64,000 nucleotides of DNA from Nemertoderma westbladi. Lineage: Eukaryota; Animalia; Xenacoelomorpha. Location: NCBI GenBank assembly GCA_032718475.1, contig JAUCBJ010007053.1:1-64000 (forward strand), given 5' to 3'. Below the pieces are notes generated by a model, which made no database searches, had not been told where the DNA came from, and saw nothing but the letters and a program-made list of their open reading frames with translations. This document shows positions 13,206 through 26,191 of the stretch, piece after piece. Position numbers and translations under genes: made by a program. The first letter of the stretch is position 1; every line of letters begins with the position of its first letter.

Positions 13206-14251
13206 CAGTGCGCCTACGGACGGGGCTCACGTGCTGAGCAGTGCGCCTACGGACGGGGCTCACGTACTTAGCAGTGCGCCTACGGACGGGGCTCACGTAC
13301 TTAGGAGTGCGCCTACGGACGGGGCTCACGTGCTGAGCAGTGCGCCTACGGACGGGGCTCACGTACTGAACAGTGCGCCTACGGACGGGGCTCACGTACT
13401 TAGCAGTGCGCCTACGGACGGGGCTCACGTACTGAGCAGTGCGCCTACGGACGGGGCTCACGTACTGAGCAGTGCGCCTACGGACGGGGCTCACGTACTT
13501 AGCAGTGCGCCTACGGACGGGGCTCACGTACTTAGGAGTGCGCCTACGGACGGGGCTCACGTGCTGAGCAGTGCGCCTACGGACGGGGCTCACGTACTGA
13601 GCAGTGCGCCTACGGACGGGGCTCACGTACTGAGCAGTGCGCCTACGGACGGGGCTCACGTACTGAGCAGTGCGCCTACGGACGGGGCTCACGTACTGAG
13701 CAGTGCGCCTACGGACGGGGCTCACGTACTGAACAGTGCGCCTACGGACGGGGCTCACGTACTGAGCAGTGCGCCTACGGACGGGGCTCACGTACTGAGC
13801 AGTGCGCCTACGGACGGGGCTCACGTACTGAGCAGTGCGCCTACGGACGGGGCTCACGTGCTGAGCAGTGCGCCTACGGACGGGGCTCACGTACTGAGCA
13901 GTGCGCCTACGGACGGGGCTCACGTGCTGAGCAGTGCGCCTACGGACGGGGCTCACGTACTGAGCAGTGCGCCTACGGACGGGGCTCACGTACTGAGCAG
14001 TGCGCCTACGGACGGGGCTCACGTGCTGAGCAGTGCGCCTACGGACGGGGCTCACGTACTGAGCAGTGCGCCTACGGACGGGGCTCACGTGCTGAGCAGT
14101 GCGCCTACGGACGGGGCTCACGTGCTGAGCAGTGCGCCTACGGACGGGGCTCACGTGCTGAGCAGTGCGCCTACGGACGGGGCTCACGTACTGAGCAGTG
14201 CGCCTACGGACGGGGCTCACGTGCTGAGCAGTGCGCCTACGGACGGGGCTC
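13206..14251. repeat. 33-bp GC-rich minisatellite (CAGTGCGCCTACGGACGGGGCTCACGTACTGAG), ~32 copies
   Basis: Direct periodicity with no indels; preceded by a (TG)n microsatellite at ~13135. Confidence 0.96.
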
Positions 14252-14945
14252 GCTGAATTTATGTTTCTGTTGTTATTTGCTTCTCGTGTTGTAATAAAAC
14301 TATCTGTTAGAGCTCCACCCACCCCCTGTTACAGCAACTTATTGCTAACCCCATTACACGGGGCAACTTTTGTTACTTGTTAAAGGGGCCTAATATCTTA
14401 AATGCCTAATATATTTTGTATTGTTGTTATGGTTAACGGTAATTCCATATTGTTTTTAAATTAGTATTAAACGGTAACGCATGTGCAATGTTTGCGTTAT
14501 TAATCTAGGAGGTTTATTCAAGTTCATTATTAAATGCTGCGTTATTGTATTTTCTAAGGGATCTCTTTTAATTGTTTCATTGTGGCTAATCGACAACTAT
14601 TTTATATTAATCATTTTGTTGCCTAACTGTATTATTAATACTGTTTTCTATTGTTTCTCAATACAATCTACTATGTTATGGATTTGTTGTGCTATGACGT
14701 CATTGGTTTCGATTAGTCAGGATATGTTGCACCTCCAAATGCTACAAGAATATCTAGATTACTAAATATACAGTTAACTATAATCCAGTAATAGGGTCAA
14801 CTTAATTGGCCAACTTTAATAAAAGTTGAGTTAATTAAAAATGCACAAAATCTAAATACAAATCTTAATTTTATTAATACATTTGTCTGGCTGTTCCATC
14901 ATTTTTATTTAGAACGCTCGTGGCCTTTCAGAAGTGGCCCTTCCA

Positions 14946-17900
14946 TTCGGCTTTTGTAGTTGGTGAGCGACGCAACATGAATGTGTGTTCGGCCTTTATA
15001 GTTGGTGAGTGATGCTAAGTAAATGTGAGTTCGGTCTTTATAGTTGGTGAGCGACGCTACGTGAATGTGAGTTCGGCCTTTATAGTTGGTGAGCGACGCT
15101 ACGTAAATGTGAGTTCGGCCTTTATAGTTGGTGAGCGACGCTACGTAAATGTGACTTCGGCCTTTATAGTTGGTGAGCGACGCTACGTAAATGTGAGTTC
15201 GGCCTTTATAGTTGGTGAGCGACGCTACGTAAATGTGAGTTCGGCCTTTATAGTTGGTGAGCGATGCTATGTGAATGTGAGTTCGGCCTTTATAGTTGGT
15301 GAGCGACGCTACGTAAATGTGAGTTCGGCCTTTATAGTTGGTGAGCGACGCTATGTGAATGTGAGTTCGGCCTTATATATGGTGAGCGACGCTACGTGAA
15401 TGTGACTTCGGCCTTTATAGTTGGTGAGCGACGCTACGTAAATGTGAGTTCGGCCTTTATAGTTGGTGAGCAACGCTACGTAAATGTGACTTCGGCCTTT
15501 ATAGTTGGTGAGCGATGCTACGTGTGAGTTTGGTCTTTATAGTTGGTGAGCGACACTACGTGAATGTGAGTTCGGTCTTTATGGTTGGTGAGCGACGCTA
15601 CTTGAATGTGAGTTCGGTCTTTATAGTTGGTGAGCGATGCTACGTGTGAGTTTGGTCTTTATAGTTGGTGAGCGACACTACGTGAATGTGAGTTCGGTCT
15701 TTATGGTTGGTGAGCGACGCTACTTGAATGTGAGTTCGGCCTTTATTGTTGGTGAGCGATGCTACGTGTGAGTTTGGTCTTTATAGTTGGTGAGCGACAC
15801 TACGTGAATGTGAGTTCGGTCTTTATGGTTGGTGAGCGACGCTACTTGAATGTGAGTTCGGTCTTTATAGTTGGTGAGCGATGCTACGTAAATGTGAGTT
15901 CGGCCTTTATAGTTGGTGAATGACTCTACGTGAAAGTGAGTTTGGCATTTATTGTTGGTGAGCGACGCTTCGAAAATGTGAGTTCGGTCTTTATGGTTGG
16001 TGAGCGACGCTACTTGAATGTGAGTTCGGTCTTTATAGTTGGTGAGCGACACTACGTAAATGTGAGTTCTGCCTTTATAGTTGGTGAGCGACGCTACGTA
16101 AATGTGAGTTCGGTCTTTATAGTTGGTGAATGACGCTACGTAAATGTTAGTTCGGTCTTTATGGTTGGTGAGTGACGCTACGTAAATGTGAGTTCGGTCT
16201 TTATAGTTGGTGAATGACGCTACGTAAATGTTAGTTCGGTCTTTATGGTTGGTGAGTGACGCTACGTAAATGTGAGTTCGGTCTTTATAGTTGGTGAGTG
16301 ACGCTACGTAAATGTGAGTTCTGCCTTTATAGTTGGTGAATGACGCTACGTAAATGTTAGTTTGGTCTTTATGGTTGGTGAGTGACGCTACGTAAATGTG
16401 AGTTCGGTCTTTATAGTTGGTGAATGACGCTACGTAAATGTTAGTTCGGTCTTTATGGTTGGTGAGTGACGCTACGTAAATGTGAGTTCGGTCTTTATGG
16501 TTGGTGAGCGACGCTACGTAAATGTTAGTTCGGTCTTTATGGTTGGTGAATGACGCTACGTAAATGTTAGTTCGGTCTTTATGGTTGGTGAGTGACGCTA
16601 CGTAAATGTGAGTTCGGTCTTTATAGTTGGTGAATGACGCTACGTAAATGTTAGTTCGGTCTTTATGGTTGGTGAGTGACGCTACGTAAATGTGAGTTCG
16701 GTCTTTATAGTTGGTGAGTGACGCTACGTAAATGTGAGTTCTGCCTTTATAGTTGGTGAATGACGCTACGTAAATGTTAGTTTGGTCTTTATGGTTGGTG
16801 AGTGACGCTACGTAAATGTGAGTTCGGTCTTTATAGTTGGTGAATGACGCTACGTAAATGTTAGTTCGGTCTTTATGGTTGGTGAGTGACGCTACGTAAA
16901 TGTGAGTTCGGTCTTTATGGTTGGTGAGCGACGCTACGTAAATGTTAGTTCGGTCTTTATGGTTGGTGAGTGACGCTACGTAAATGTGAGTTCGGTCTTT
17001 ATAGTTGGTGAATGACGCTACGTAAATGTTAGTTCGGTCTTTATGGTTGGTGAGTGACGCTACGTAAATGTGAGTTCGGTCTTTATGGTTGGTGAGCGAC
17101 GCTACGTAAATGTTAGTTCGGTCTTTATGGTTGGTGAGTGACGCTACGTAAATGTGAGTTCTGCCTTTATAGTTGGTGAGTGACGCTACGTAAATGTGAG
17201 TTCGGCCTTTATAGTTGGTGAATGACGCTACGTAAATGTTAGTTTGGTCTTTATGGTTGGTGAGTGACGCTACGTAAATGTGAGTTCGGTCTTTATAGTT
17301 GGTGAGTGACGCTACGTAAATGTGAGTTCGGTCTTTATAGTTGGTGAATGACGCTACGTAAATGTTAGTTTGGTCTTTATGGTTGGTGAGTGACGCTACG
17401 TAAATGTGAGTTCGGTCTTTATAGTTGGTGAGTGACGCTACGTAAATGTGAGTTCTGCCTTTATAGTTGGTGAATGACGCTACGTAAATGTTAGTTTGGT
17501 CTTTATGGTTGGTGAGTGACGCTACGTAAATGTGAGTTCGGTCTTTATAGTTGGTGAGTGACGCTACGTAAATCTGAGTTCTGCCTTTATAGTTGGTGAA
17601 TGACGCTACGTAAATGTGAGTTCGGTCTTTATAGTTGGTGAGCGATGCTATGTAAATGTGAGTTCGGCCTTTATAGTTGGTGAATGACGCTACGTAAATG
17701 TTAGTTTGGTCTTTATGGTTGGTGAGCGACGCTACGTAAATGTTAGTTCGGTCTTTATGGTTGGTGAGTGACGCTACTTGAATGTTAGTTCGGTCTTTAT
17801 GGTTGGTGAGTGACGCTACGTAAATGTGAGTTCGGTCTTTATAGTTGGTGAGCGACGCTACGTAAATGTTAGTTCGGTCTTTATGGTTGGTGAGTGACGC

Positions 17901-20900
17901 TACTTGAATGTTAGTTCGGTCTTTATGGTTGGTGAGTGACGCTACGTAAATGTTAGTTCGGTCTTTATGGTTGGTGAGTGACGCTACGTAAATGTGAGTT
18001 CGGTCTTTATAGTTGGTGAATGACGCTACGTAAATGTTAGTTCGGTCTTTATGGTTGGTGAGTGACGCTACGTAAATGTGAGTTCGGTCTTTATAGTTGG
18101 TGAGCGATGCTATGTAAATGTGAGTTCGGCCTTTATAGTTGGTGAATGACGCTACGTAAATGTTAGTTTGGTCTTTATGGTTGGTGAGCGACGCTACGTA
18201 AATGTTAGTTCGGTCTTTATGGTTGGTGAGTGACGCTACTTGAATGTTAGTTCGGTCTTTATGGTTGGTGAGTGACGCTACGTAAATGTGAGTTCGGTCT
18301 TTATAGTTGGTGAGCGATGCTATGTAAATGTGAGTTCGGCCTTTATAGTTGGTGAATGACGCTACGTAAATGTTAGTTTGGTCTTTATGGTTGGTGAGCG
18401 ACGCTACGTAAATGTTAGTTCGGTCTTTATGGTTGGTGAGTGACGCTACGTAAATGTGAGTTCTGCCTTTATAGTTGGTGAGTGACGCTACGTAAATGTG
18501 AGTTCGGCCTTTATAGTTGGTGAATGACGCTACGTAAATGTTAGTTTGGTCTTTATGGTTGGTGAGTGACGCTACGTAAATGTGAGTTCGGTCTTTATAG
18601 TTGGTGAATGACGCTACGTAAATGTTAGTTTGGTCTTTATGGTTGGTGAGTGACGCTACGTAAATGTGAGTTCGGTCTTTATAGTTGGTGAGTGACGCTA
18701 CGTAAATGTTAGTTTGGTCTTTATGGTTGGTGAGTGACGCTACGTAAATGTGAGTTCGGTCTTTATAGTTGGTGAATGACGCTACGTAAATGTGAGTTCG
18801 GTCTTTATAGTTGGTGAGTGACGCTACGTAAATGTGAGTTCGGTCTTTATAGTTGGTGAGTGACGCTACGTAAATGTGAGTTCTGCCTTTATAGTTGGTG
18901 AATGACGCTACGTAAATGTTAGTTTGGTCTTTATGGTTGGTGAGTGACGCTACGTAAATGTGAGTTCGGTCTTTATAGTTGGTGAATGACGCTACGTAAA
19001 TGTGAGTTCGGTCTTTATAGTTGGTGAGTGACGCTACGTAAATGTGAGTTCTGCCTTTATAGTTGGTGAATGACGCTACGTAAATGTTAGTTTGGTCTTT
19101 ATGGTTGGTGAGTGACGCTACGTAAATGTTAGTTTGGTCTTTATGGTTGGTGAGTGACGCTACGTAAATGTGAGTTCGGTCTTTATAGTTGGTGAGTGAC
19201 GCTACGTAAATGTTAGTTTGGTCTTTATGGTTGGTGAGTGACGCTACGTAAATGTGAGTTCTGCCTTTATAGTTGGTGAGTGACGCTACGTAAATGTGAG
19301 TTCGGTCTTTATGGTTGGTGAGTGACGCTACGTAAATGTGAGTTCGGTCTTTATAGTTGGTGAGTGACGCTACGTAAATGTTAGTTTGGTCTTTATGGTT
19401 GGTGAGTGACGCTACGTAAATGTTAGTTTGGTCTTTATGGTTGGTGAGTGACGCTACGTAAATGTTAGTTTGGTCTTTATGGTTGGTGAGTGACGCTACG
19501 TAAATGTGAGTTCGGTCTTTATAGTTGGTGAGTGACGCTACGTAAATGTGAGTTCTGCCTTTATAGTTGGTGAATGACGCTACGTAAATGTTAGTTTGGT
19601 CTTTATAGTTGGTGAGTGACGCTACGTAAATGTGAGTTCTGCCTTTATAGTTGGTGAGTGACGCTACGTAAATGTGAGTTCTGCCTTTATAGTTGGTGAG
19701 TGACGCTACGTAAATGTGAGTTCGGCCTTTATAGTTGGTGAATGACGCTACGTAAATGTTAGTTTGGTCTTTATGGTTGGTGAGTGACGCTACGTAAATG
19801 TGAGTTCGGTCTTTATAGTTGGTGAGTGACGCTACGTAAATGTGAGTTCTGCCTTTATAGTTGGTGAATGACGCTACGTAAATGTTAGTTTGGTCTTTAT
19901 AGTTGGTGAGTGACGCTACGTAAATGTGAGTTCTGCCTTTATAGTTGGTGAGCGATGCTATGTAAATGTGAGTTCGGTCTTTATGGTTGGTGAGTGACGC
20001 TACGTAAATGTGAGTTCGGCCTTTATAGTTGGTGAGTGACGCTACGTAAATGTTAGTTCGGTCTTTATGGTTGGTGAGTGACGCTACGTAAATGTGAGTT
20101 CGGTCTTTATAGTTGGTGAATGACGCTACGTAAATGTGAGTTCTGCCTTTATAGTTGGTGAGCGATGCTATGTAAATGTGAGTTCGGCCTTTATAGTTGG
20201 TGAATGACGCTACGTAAATGTTAGTTTGGTCTTTATGGTTGGTGAGTGACGCTACGTAAATGTTAGTTTGGTCTTTATGGTTGGTGAGTGACGCTACGTA
20301 AATGTTAGTTTGGTCTTTATGGTTGGTGAGTGACGCTACGTAAATGTGAGTTCTGCCTTTATAGTTGGTGAGTGACGCTACGTAAATGTGAGTTCGGCCT
20401 TTATAGTTGGTGAATGACGCTACGTAAATGTTAGTTTGGTCTTTATGGTTGGTGAGTGACGCTACGTAAATGTGAGTTCGGTCTTTATAGTTGGTGAGTG
20501 ACGCTACGTAAATGTGAGTTCTGCCTTTATAGTTGGTGAATGACGCTACGTAAATGTTAGTTTGGTCTTTATAGTTGGTGAGCGACGCTACGTAAATGTT
20601 AGTTCGGTCTTTATAGTTGGTGAGTGACGCTACGTAAATGTTAGTTTGGTCTTTATGGTTGGTGAGTGACGCTACGTAAATGTGAGTTCGGCCTTTATAG
20701 TTGGTGAGTGACGCTACGTAAATGTTAATTTGGTCTTTATGGTTGGTGAGTGACGCTACGTAAATGTGAGTTCGGCCTTTATAGTTGGTGAGTGACGCTA
20801 CGTGAATGTGAGGTCGGCCTTTATAGTTGGTGAATGACGCTACGTAAATGTTAGTTTGGTCTTTATAGTTGGTGAGTGACGCTACGTAAATGTGAGTTCT

Positions 20901-22925
20901 GCCTTTATAGTTGGTGAGCGATGCTATGTAAATGTGAGTTCGGCCTTTATAGTTGGTGAGTGACGCTACGTGAATGTGAGGTCGGCCTTTATAGTTGGTG
21001 AATGACGCTACGTAAATGTTAGTTTGGTCTTTATAGTTGGTGAGTGACGCTACGTAAATGTGAGTTCTGCCTTTATAGTTGGTGAGCGATGCTATGTAAA
21101 TGTGAGTTCGGCCTTTATAGTTGGTGAGTGACGCTACGTGAATGTGAGGTCGGCCTTTATAGTTGGTGAATGACGCTACGTAAATGTTAGTTTGGTCTTT
21201 ATGGTTGGTGAGTGACGCTACGTAAATGTGAGTTCGGTCTTTATAGTTGGTGAATGACGCTACGTAAATGTTAGTTTGGTCTTTATGGTTGGTGAGTGAC
21301 GCTACGTAAATGTTAGTTTGGTCTTTATGGTTGGTGAGTGACGCTACGTAAATGTGAGTTCGGTCTTTATAGTTGGTGAATGACGCTACGTAAATGTTAG
21401 TTTGGTCTTTATGGTTGGTGAGTGACGCTACGTAAATGTTAGTTTGGTCTTTATGGTTGGTGAGTGACGCTACGTAAATGTGAGTTCGGTCTTTATAGTT
21501 GGTGAATGACGCTACGTAAATGTTAGTTCGGCCTTTATAGTTGGTGAATGACGCTACGTAAATGTTAGTTTGGTCTTTATGGTTGGTGAGTGACGCTACG
21601 TAAATGTGAGTTCGGCCTTTATAGTTGGTGAGTGACGCTACGTGAATGTGAGGTCGGCCTTTATAGTTGGTGAATGACGCTACGTAAATGTTAGTTTGGT
21701 CTTTATAGTTGGTGAGTGACGCTACGTAAATGTGAGTTCTGCCTTTATAGTTGGTGAGCGATGCTATGTAAATGTGAGTTCGGCCTTTATAGTTGGTGAG
21801 TGACGCTACGTGAATGTGAGGTCGGCCTTTATAGTTGGTGAATGACGCTACGTAAATGTTAGTTTGGTCTTTATAGTTGGTGAGTGACGCTACGTAAATG
21901 TGAGTTCTGCCTTTATAGTTGGTGAGCGATGCTATGTAAATGTGAGTTCGGCCTTTATAGTTGGTGAGTGATGCTACGTGAATGTGAGGTCGGCCTTTAT
22001 AGTTGGTGAATGACGCTACGTAAATGTTAGTTTGGTCTTTATGGTTGGTGAGTGACGCTACGTAAATGTGAGTTCGGTCTTTATAGTTGGTGAATGACGC
22101 TACGTAAATGTTAGTTTGGTCTTTATAGTTGTTGAGCGACTCTACGTAAATGTGAGTTCGGTCTTTATAGTTGGTGAGCGACGCTACGTAAATGTGAGTT
22201 CGGTCTTTATAGTTGGTGAGCGATGCTACGTAAATGTGAGTTCTGCCTTTATAGTTGGTGAATGACGCTACGTAAATGTTAGTTTGGTCTTTATGGTTGG
22301 TGAGTGACGCTACGTAAATGTTAGTTTGGTCTTTATGGTTGGTGAGTGACGCTACGTAAATGTGAGTTCTGCCTTTATAGTTGGTGAGCGATGCTATGTA
22401 AATGTGAGTTCGGCCTTTATAGTTGGTGAGTGACGCTACGTGAATGTGAGGTCGGCCTTTATAGTTGGTGAATGACGCTACGTAAATGTTAGTTTGGTCT
22501 TTATGGTTGGTGAGTGACGCTACGTAAATGTGAGTTCGGTCTTTATAGTTGGTGAATGACGCTACGTAAATGTTAGTTTGGTCTTTATAGTTGTTGAGCG
22601 ACTCTACGTAAATGTGAGTTCGGTCTTTATAGTTGGTGAGCGATGCTATGTAAATGTGAGTTCGGTCTTTATAGTTGGTGAATGACGCTACGTAAATGTG
22701 AGTTCCGCCTTTATAGTTGGTGAGTGACGCTACGTAAATGTGAGTTCGGTCTTTATGGTTGGTGAGTGACGCTACGTAAATGTGAGTTCTGCCTTTATAG
22801 TTGGTGAGCGATGCTATGTAAATGTGAGTTCGGCCTTTCTAGTTGGTGAGCGATGCTATGTAAATGTGAGTTCGGCCTTTATAGTTGGTGAATGACGCTA
22901 CGTAAATGTTAGTTTGGTCTTTATG
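14946..22925. repeat. 42-bp satellite, left block (TTGGTGAGTGACGCTACGTAAATGTGAGTTCGGTCTTTATAG), ~190 copies
   Basis: Direct periodicity; interrupted at 22925 by a LINE insertion. Confidence 0.97.
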
Positions 22926-23254
22926 AAACGAAAGCTTTAATACCAACATATGGTGTAAATAAAATAAACATGCACATAAAGGTAGGTAGGCCTACTGTAA
23001 AATATGAAAGTTGTTATGTGACCATATAATACTGTATTGTATGACAGATAATGGAAAATGGGATACACATTATTTATAGGTTATTTGGAGATGGGGATAT
23101 AATAAAATGAATATATAATATAATAAAAAAAGGGAAAAAATATATATAATATAATAAAATGTCGTTGCATGGTTGAAATATTGTACAATTCAATGTTTGG
23201 TTATAGCGTGGCTGGGGGAAGTTTTAAAATAGATCGTGTAAAAATTAGAATAGA

Positions 23255-26065
23255 TCATTTCACGGCGTACAGGAACAGTGAGCGTTTTACTGTTGTTAGT
23301 AGAGTCGGGACGCCAGTGCAACTGAGGCCGTGGTCCTTGTCCGTCGCCTGGTCGTCGCAGAGACGGCAGACGCATGTGGGGGTCGGCCGCCAACACCCTT
23401 TACTGCGGCAGAGCTTGTGGTGCGAGCCATTGGAGATGAATTGGGCTGCAGCGCGGCGCCTGTAGCCTGTGAGTTCGAGGAGGGAGAGCTCGCCGTTCTC
23501 TGCAGGGCGGTCGACCGCGTTTAGGATTGCCGTGGTGGAGGCGTATTTGCTCACCCCGCACCACAGTTTCCAGTAGAACGCGCGAACGAGCTCCACGTGT
23601 GGTAAGCTGGGCGCGTCGGCCGCGGAAACGCCGTAGACGGAGCAACCGTATGTGGTAGACGGAAGGACAACCGCGCGCCACAATCGACCAGCTGTTACAA
23701 TTGATATGTTATTGAAATTGACCCGGGAAGCCAATCTCATGCAGGAGGAGATCCCTCGTTTATGCAGGTGAGTGTAGTGACCGGACGCACAAGCAGTGGT
23801 TGTCAGTACGACTCCGAGGTACTCGAAAGAGTTGACGAACTCGAGAGGCGATCCTTGGTACATGAGGATGTCCGACTTACAAAGCCGACCACCGCGCCGG
23901 AATTTCATGGCCTTTGTTTTGGATTTATTAACGATCAGATCGTATTCTTTGCAATAGTCGGAGAGGTTGTCGAGTCCCGCTTGTACTTCTGCGATGGTGG
24001 TTCCGGTGATGGCTACATCATCAGCGTACATGAACAGGAGGCACCCAACAGCGAGTATTACAACTGGGAGATCGTAGAGAAATAGACTGAACAAGAGAGG
24101 TGACAGTTTATCTCCCTGGACAACTCCAATCGTTTGTGTTATGGGGTCCATGACGAAAACACCAAGGCAGATGCAGACGTAGTTGGTTGATAACAGTGCC
24201 CAGAGGGCAGCGATGAACGCCCGACTGACGCCCAACTTGGAGAGTTTGAAGCATAGCTTCCTGCGGTTAACCGAGTCGAAAGCTTTTGAAAAGTCGACGA
24301 ACACGCAGTACACGTGTCCTCCGGGGTTTCGCAAAGTCTCTCGGATTAGTGTAATCAGCTTCGTAGCCGCTTGTATCGTAGAACGCCCCTTGCGGAAACC
24401 GTACTGGCAGTTTGGGAGAATTCCTGAGGATTCGGTCCAGGGGTATAGCCGATTATATAATATAGTCGTGTATGTCTTTAGTAGGCAGGAAAGTAGAGCG
24501 ATTCCCCGATACGAATTCGGGGAGACTTTAGGGCCCTTTCCTTTATAAAGGGGGAGAAGATATGAGGTCAGCCAAAGGGCCGGGCAGGTTGCCGCCGACA
24601 GACACGTCGAGAACAGAGTGAGGAGAAATGGAAGGAGAAAACTGAAACCGAGTTTCATAGATTCATTAGAAACCCCGTCGGGACCCGCAGCTTTGTGATT
24701 CTTCTGTGAATGAACGGCGGAGGTAACTTCATCTGCGTCTATCGGGTGGTCCAGGAATGGTATTGGTTGTTCCGGCAGGACGGGGAGTTTGGTGTCGACG
24801 TCGCGAGTAAGTAGACTGCTGAAGTGGGATGACCAGTCCTCTGAGGCAACCTGTTGCGGTGCGGAGTGTTGGCGTTTTGCTTTCGTTATATTCCAGAAGA
24901 CCGTGTAGTCGGCCTCGCATCGGTCAATGAGGTTCTGTTCTTTCTGAGCCTCGTATGAACTCTTCTTGGATCGAAGGAGCGATATATAGGTACGTTTCAG
25001 TTGGCAGTATTCCTCTCGGTTCGAGTCATTCGGATGCACACGGACGCGTTGATGACTGGCCTTTACAATACGTTGGAGCTCATAGCAGTCTTTTGTAAAC
25101 CACGGTTTAGACGTTTTCTTCTGGCGAGACGCTGCTGCGCCTCTCAACGCATCAGTAATGTAGTTGCAGGCACCGTCGATATCATGTTCCGCTAAATTGT
25201 TAAAGTCATTGATATTCATTGACAGTTTGTCTACGAGAACATCAGTGTCAATGTCATTGATTCGTTGAGCGCGTTCGTTCCGTGGGGGCGAGGCAGATAG
25301 TGTTGCGATACAGGTTGAAACCCGTTGATGTTTGCAGTTTATTGTGGTTAGAACTGACACATCTGTAATATCTATTAAACTGGGGTCAATAAACGTAAGG
25401 TCAATGACACTGTGGCCATTCCAGCAAATATAGGTTGGTGTATCCGGGTCGGTTATACAGACTAGACCCAGCCCGGCGAGTCCGCCGCATAGCAGGTCAC
25501 CACGAGAACTGCTGTCCCCGTCGATGCGGCAATTAAAATCCCCAGCGAGCAGGAGCGGCGCTGTAGAACGAACGCGAGTAGCCGTAATGATAGGGATGAG
25601 TTCTAGTAGGATATCGGTAACATCGGTTTTTGGCTTGTAGTACGCGGATATTATATTTAGACCAGGGATTGATATCGCAATTACGTTTTCGCTTTTATGA
25701 TGGCATTTCGGAGTCCAGTTATTTCTCATATGAACCCCGATGGTTATACCACCGTACGGACGGCCAGTATCACCTTTTTCACTAGAAATGTTGAAACATT
25801 TGAAATCGGGGATATCAGGATCTTCCTGAAGAGTCTCGGTAAGAATGAGAATATCGGTATCAATAAATGTATTATCAGTCGTAGTGTCGATCGTACTTGT
25901 TATACCCTCAACATTCCATAGGAGTAAGGATATTCCGTTTGAGTTATTAGGCAACGGGGCCCTTGACATAAACTCCGAGTTAAATGGTAGCTCTTCGAAA
26001 TAAGATAAACATTGTGATGATATGAAGCGTTGACAGAGTTTTTCGTGCTTTATAAGGCTCGCCAT
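23255..26065 (-). CDS. LINE ORF2: AP endonuclease + reverse transcriptase + C-terminal Cys/His knuckle (open frame actually extends to 26191)
   Basis: APE motifs WNVEG, LTET, AGDFN, VIDL. RT motifs AAGPDG, YRGIAL, QYGFR, DFSKAFDSV, GVVQGDKLSP, YADD, YLGV. C-terminal CRLC...H...C. Confidence 0.96.
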   Translation of the reverse strand: MASLIKHEKLCQRFISSQCLSYFEELPFNSEFMSRAPLPNNSNGISLLLWNVEGITSTIDTTTDNTFIDTDILILTETLQEDPDIPDFKCFNISSEKGDTGRPYGGITIGVHMRNNWTPKCHHKSENVIAISIPGLNIISAYYKPKTDVTDILLELIPIITATRVRSTAPLLLAGDFNCRIDGDSSSRGDLLCGGLAGLGLVCITDPDTPTYICWNGHSVIDLTFIDPSLIDITDVSVLTTINCKHQRVSTCIATLSASPPRNERAQRINDIDTDVLVDKLSMNINDFNNLAEHDIDGACNYITDALRGAAASRQKKTSKPWFTKDCYELQRIVKASHQRVRVHPNDSNREEYCQLKRTYISLLRSKKSSYEAQKEQNLIDRCEADYTVFWNITKAKRQHSAPQQVASEDWSSHFSSLLTRDVDTKLPVLPEQPIPFLDHPIDADEVTSAVHSQKNHKAAGPDGVSNESMKLGFSFLLPFLLTLFSTCLSAATCPALWLTSYLLPLYKGKGPKVSPNSYRGIALLSCLLKTYTTILYNRLYPWTESSGILPNCQYGFRKGRSTIQAATKLITLIRETLRNPGGHVYCVFVDFSKAFDSVNRRKLCFKLSKLGVSRAFIAALWALLSTNYVCICLGVFVMDPITQTIGVVQGDKLSPLLFSLFLYDLPVVILAVGCLLFMYADDVAITGTTIAEVQAGLDNLSDYCKEYDLIVNKSKTKAMKFRRGGRLCKSDILMYQGSPLEFVNSFEYLGVVLTTTACASGHYTHLHKRGISSCMRLASRVNFNNISIVTAGRLWRAVVLPSTTYGCSVYGVSAADAPSLPHVELVRAFYWKLWCGVSKYASTTAILNAVDRPAENGELSLLELTGYRRRAAAQFISNGSHHKLCRSKGCWRPTPTCVCRLCDDQATDKDHGLSCTGVPTLLTTVKRSLFLYAVK

Positions 26066-26191
26066 GTATCGGTAAGGCTTTTTGCAACCTGTACACAGGC
26101 GGGCTGTTGTTGCAGGTAAAAGTAGGTTTAGATTGGTATCGGTAGGGCCGGTGTCAGAGTTTGTTAGGGGAGTTATTACAGGTTCTCTTAG

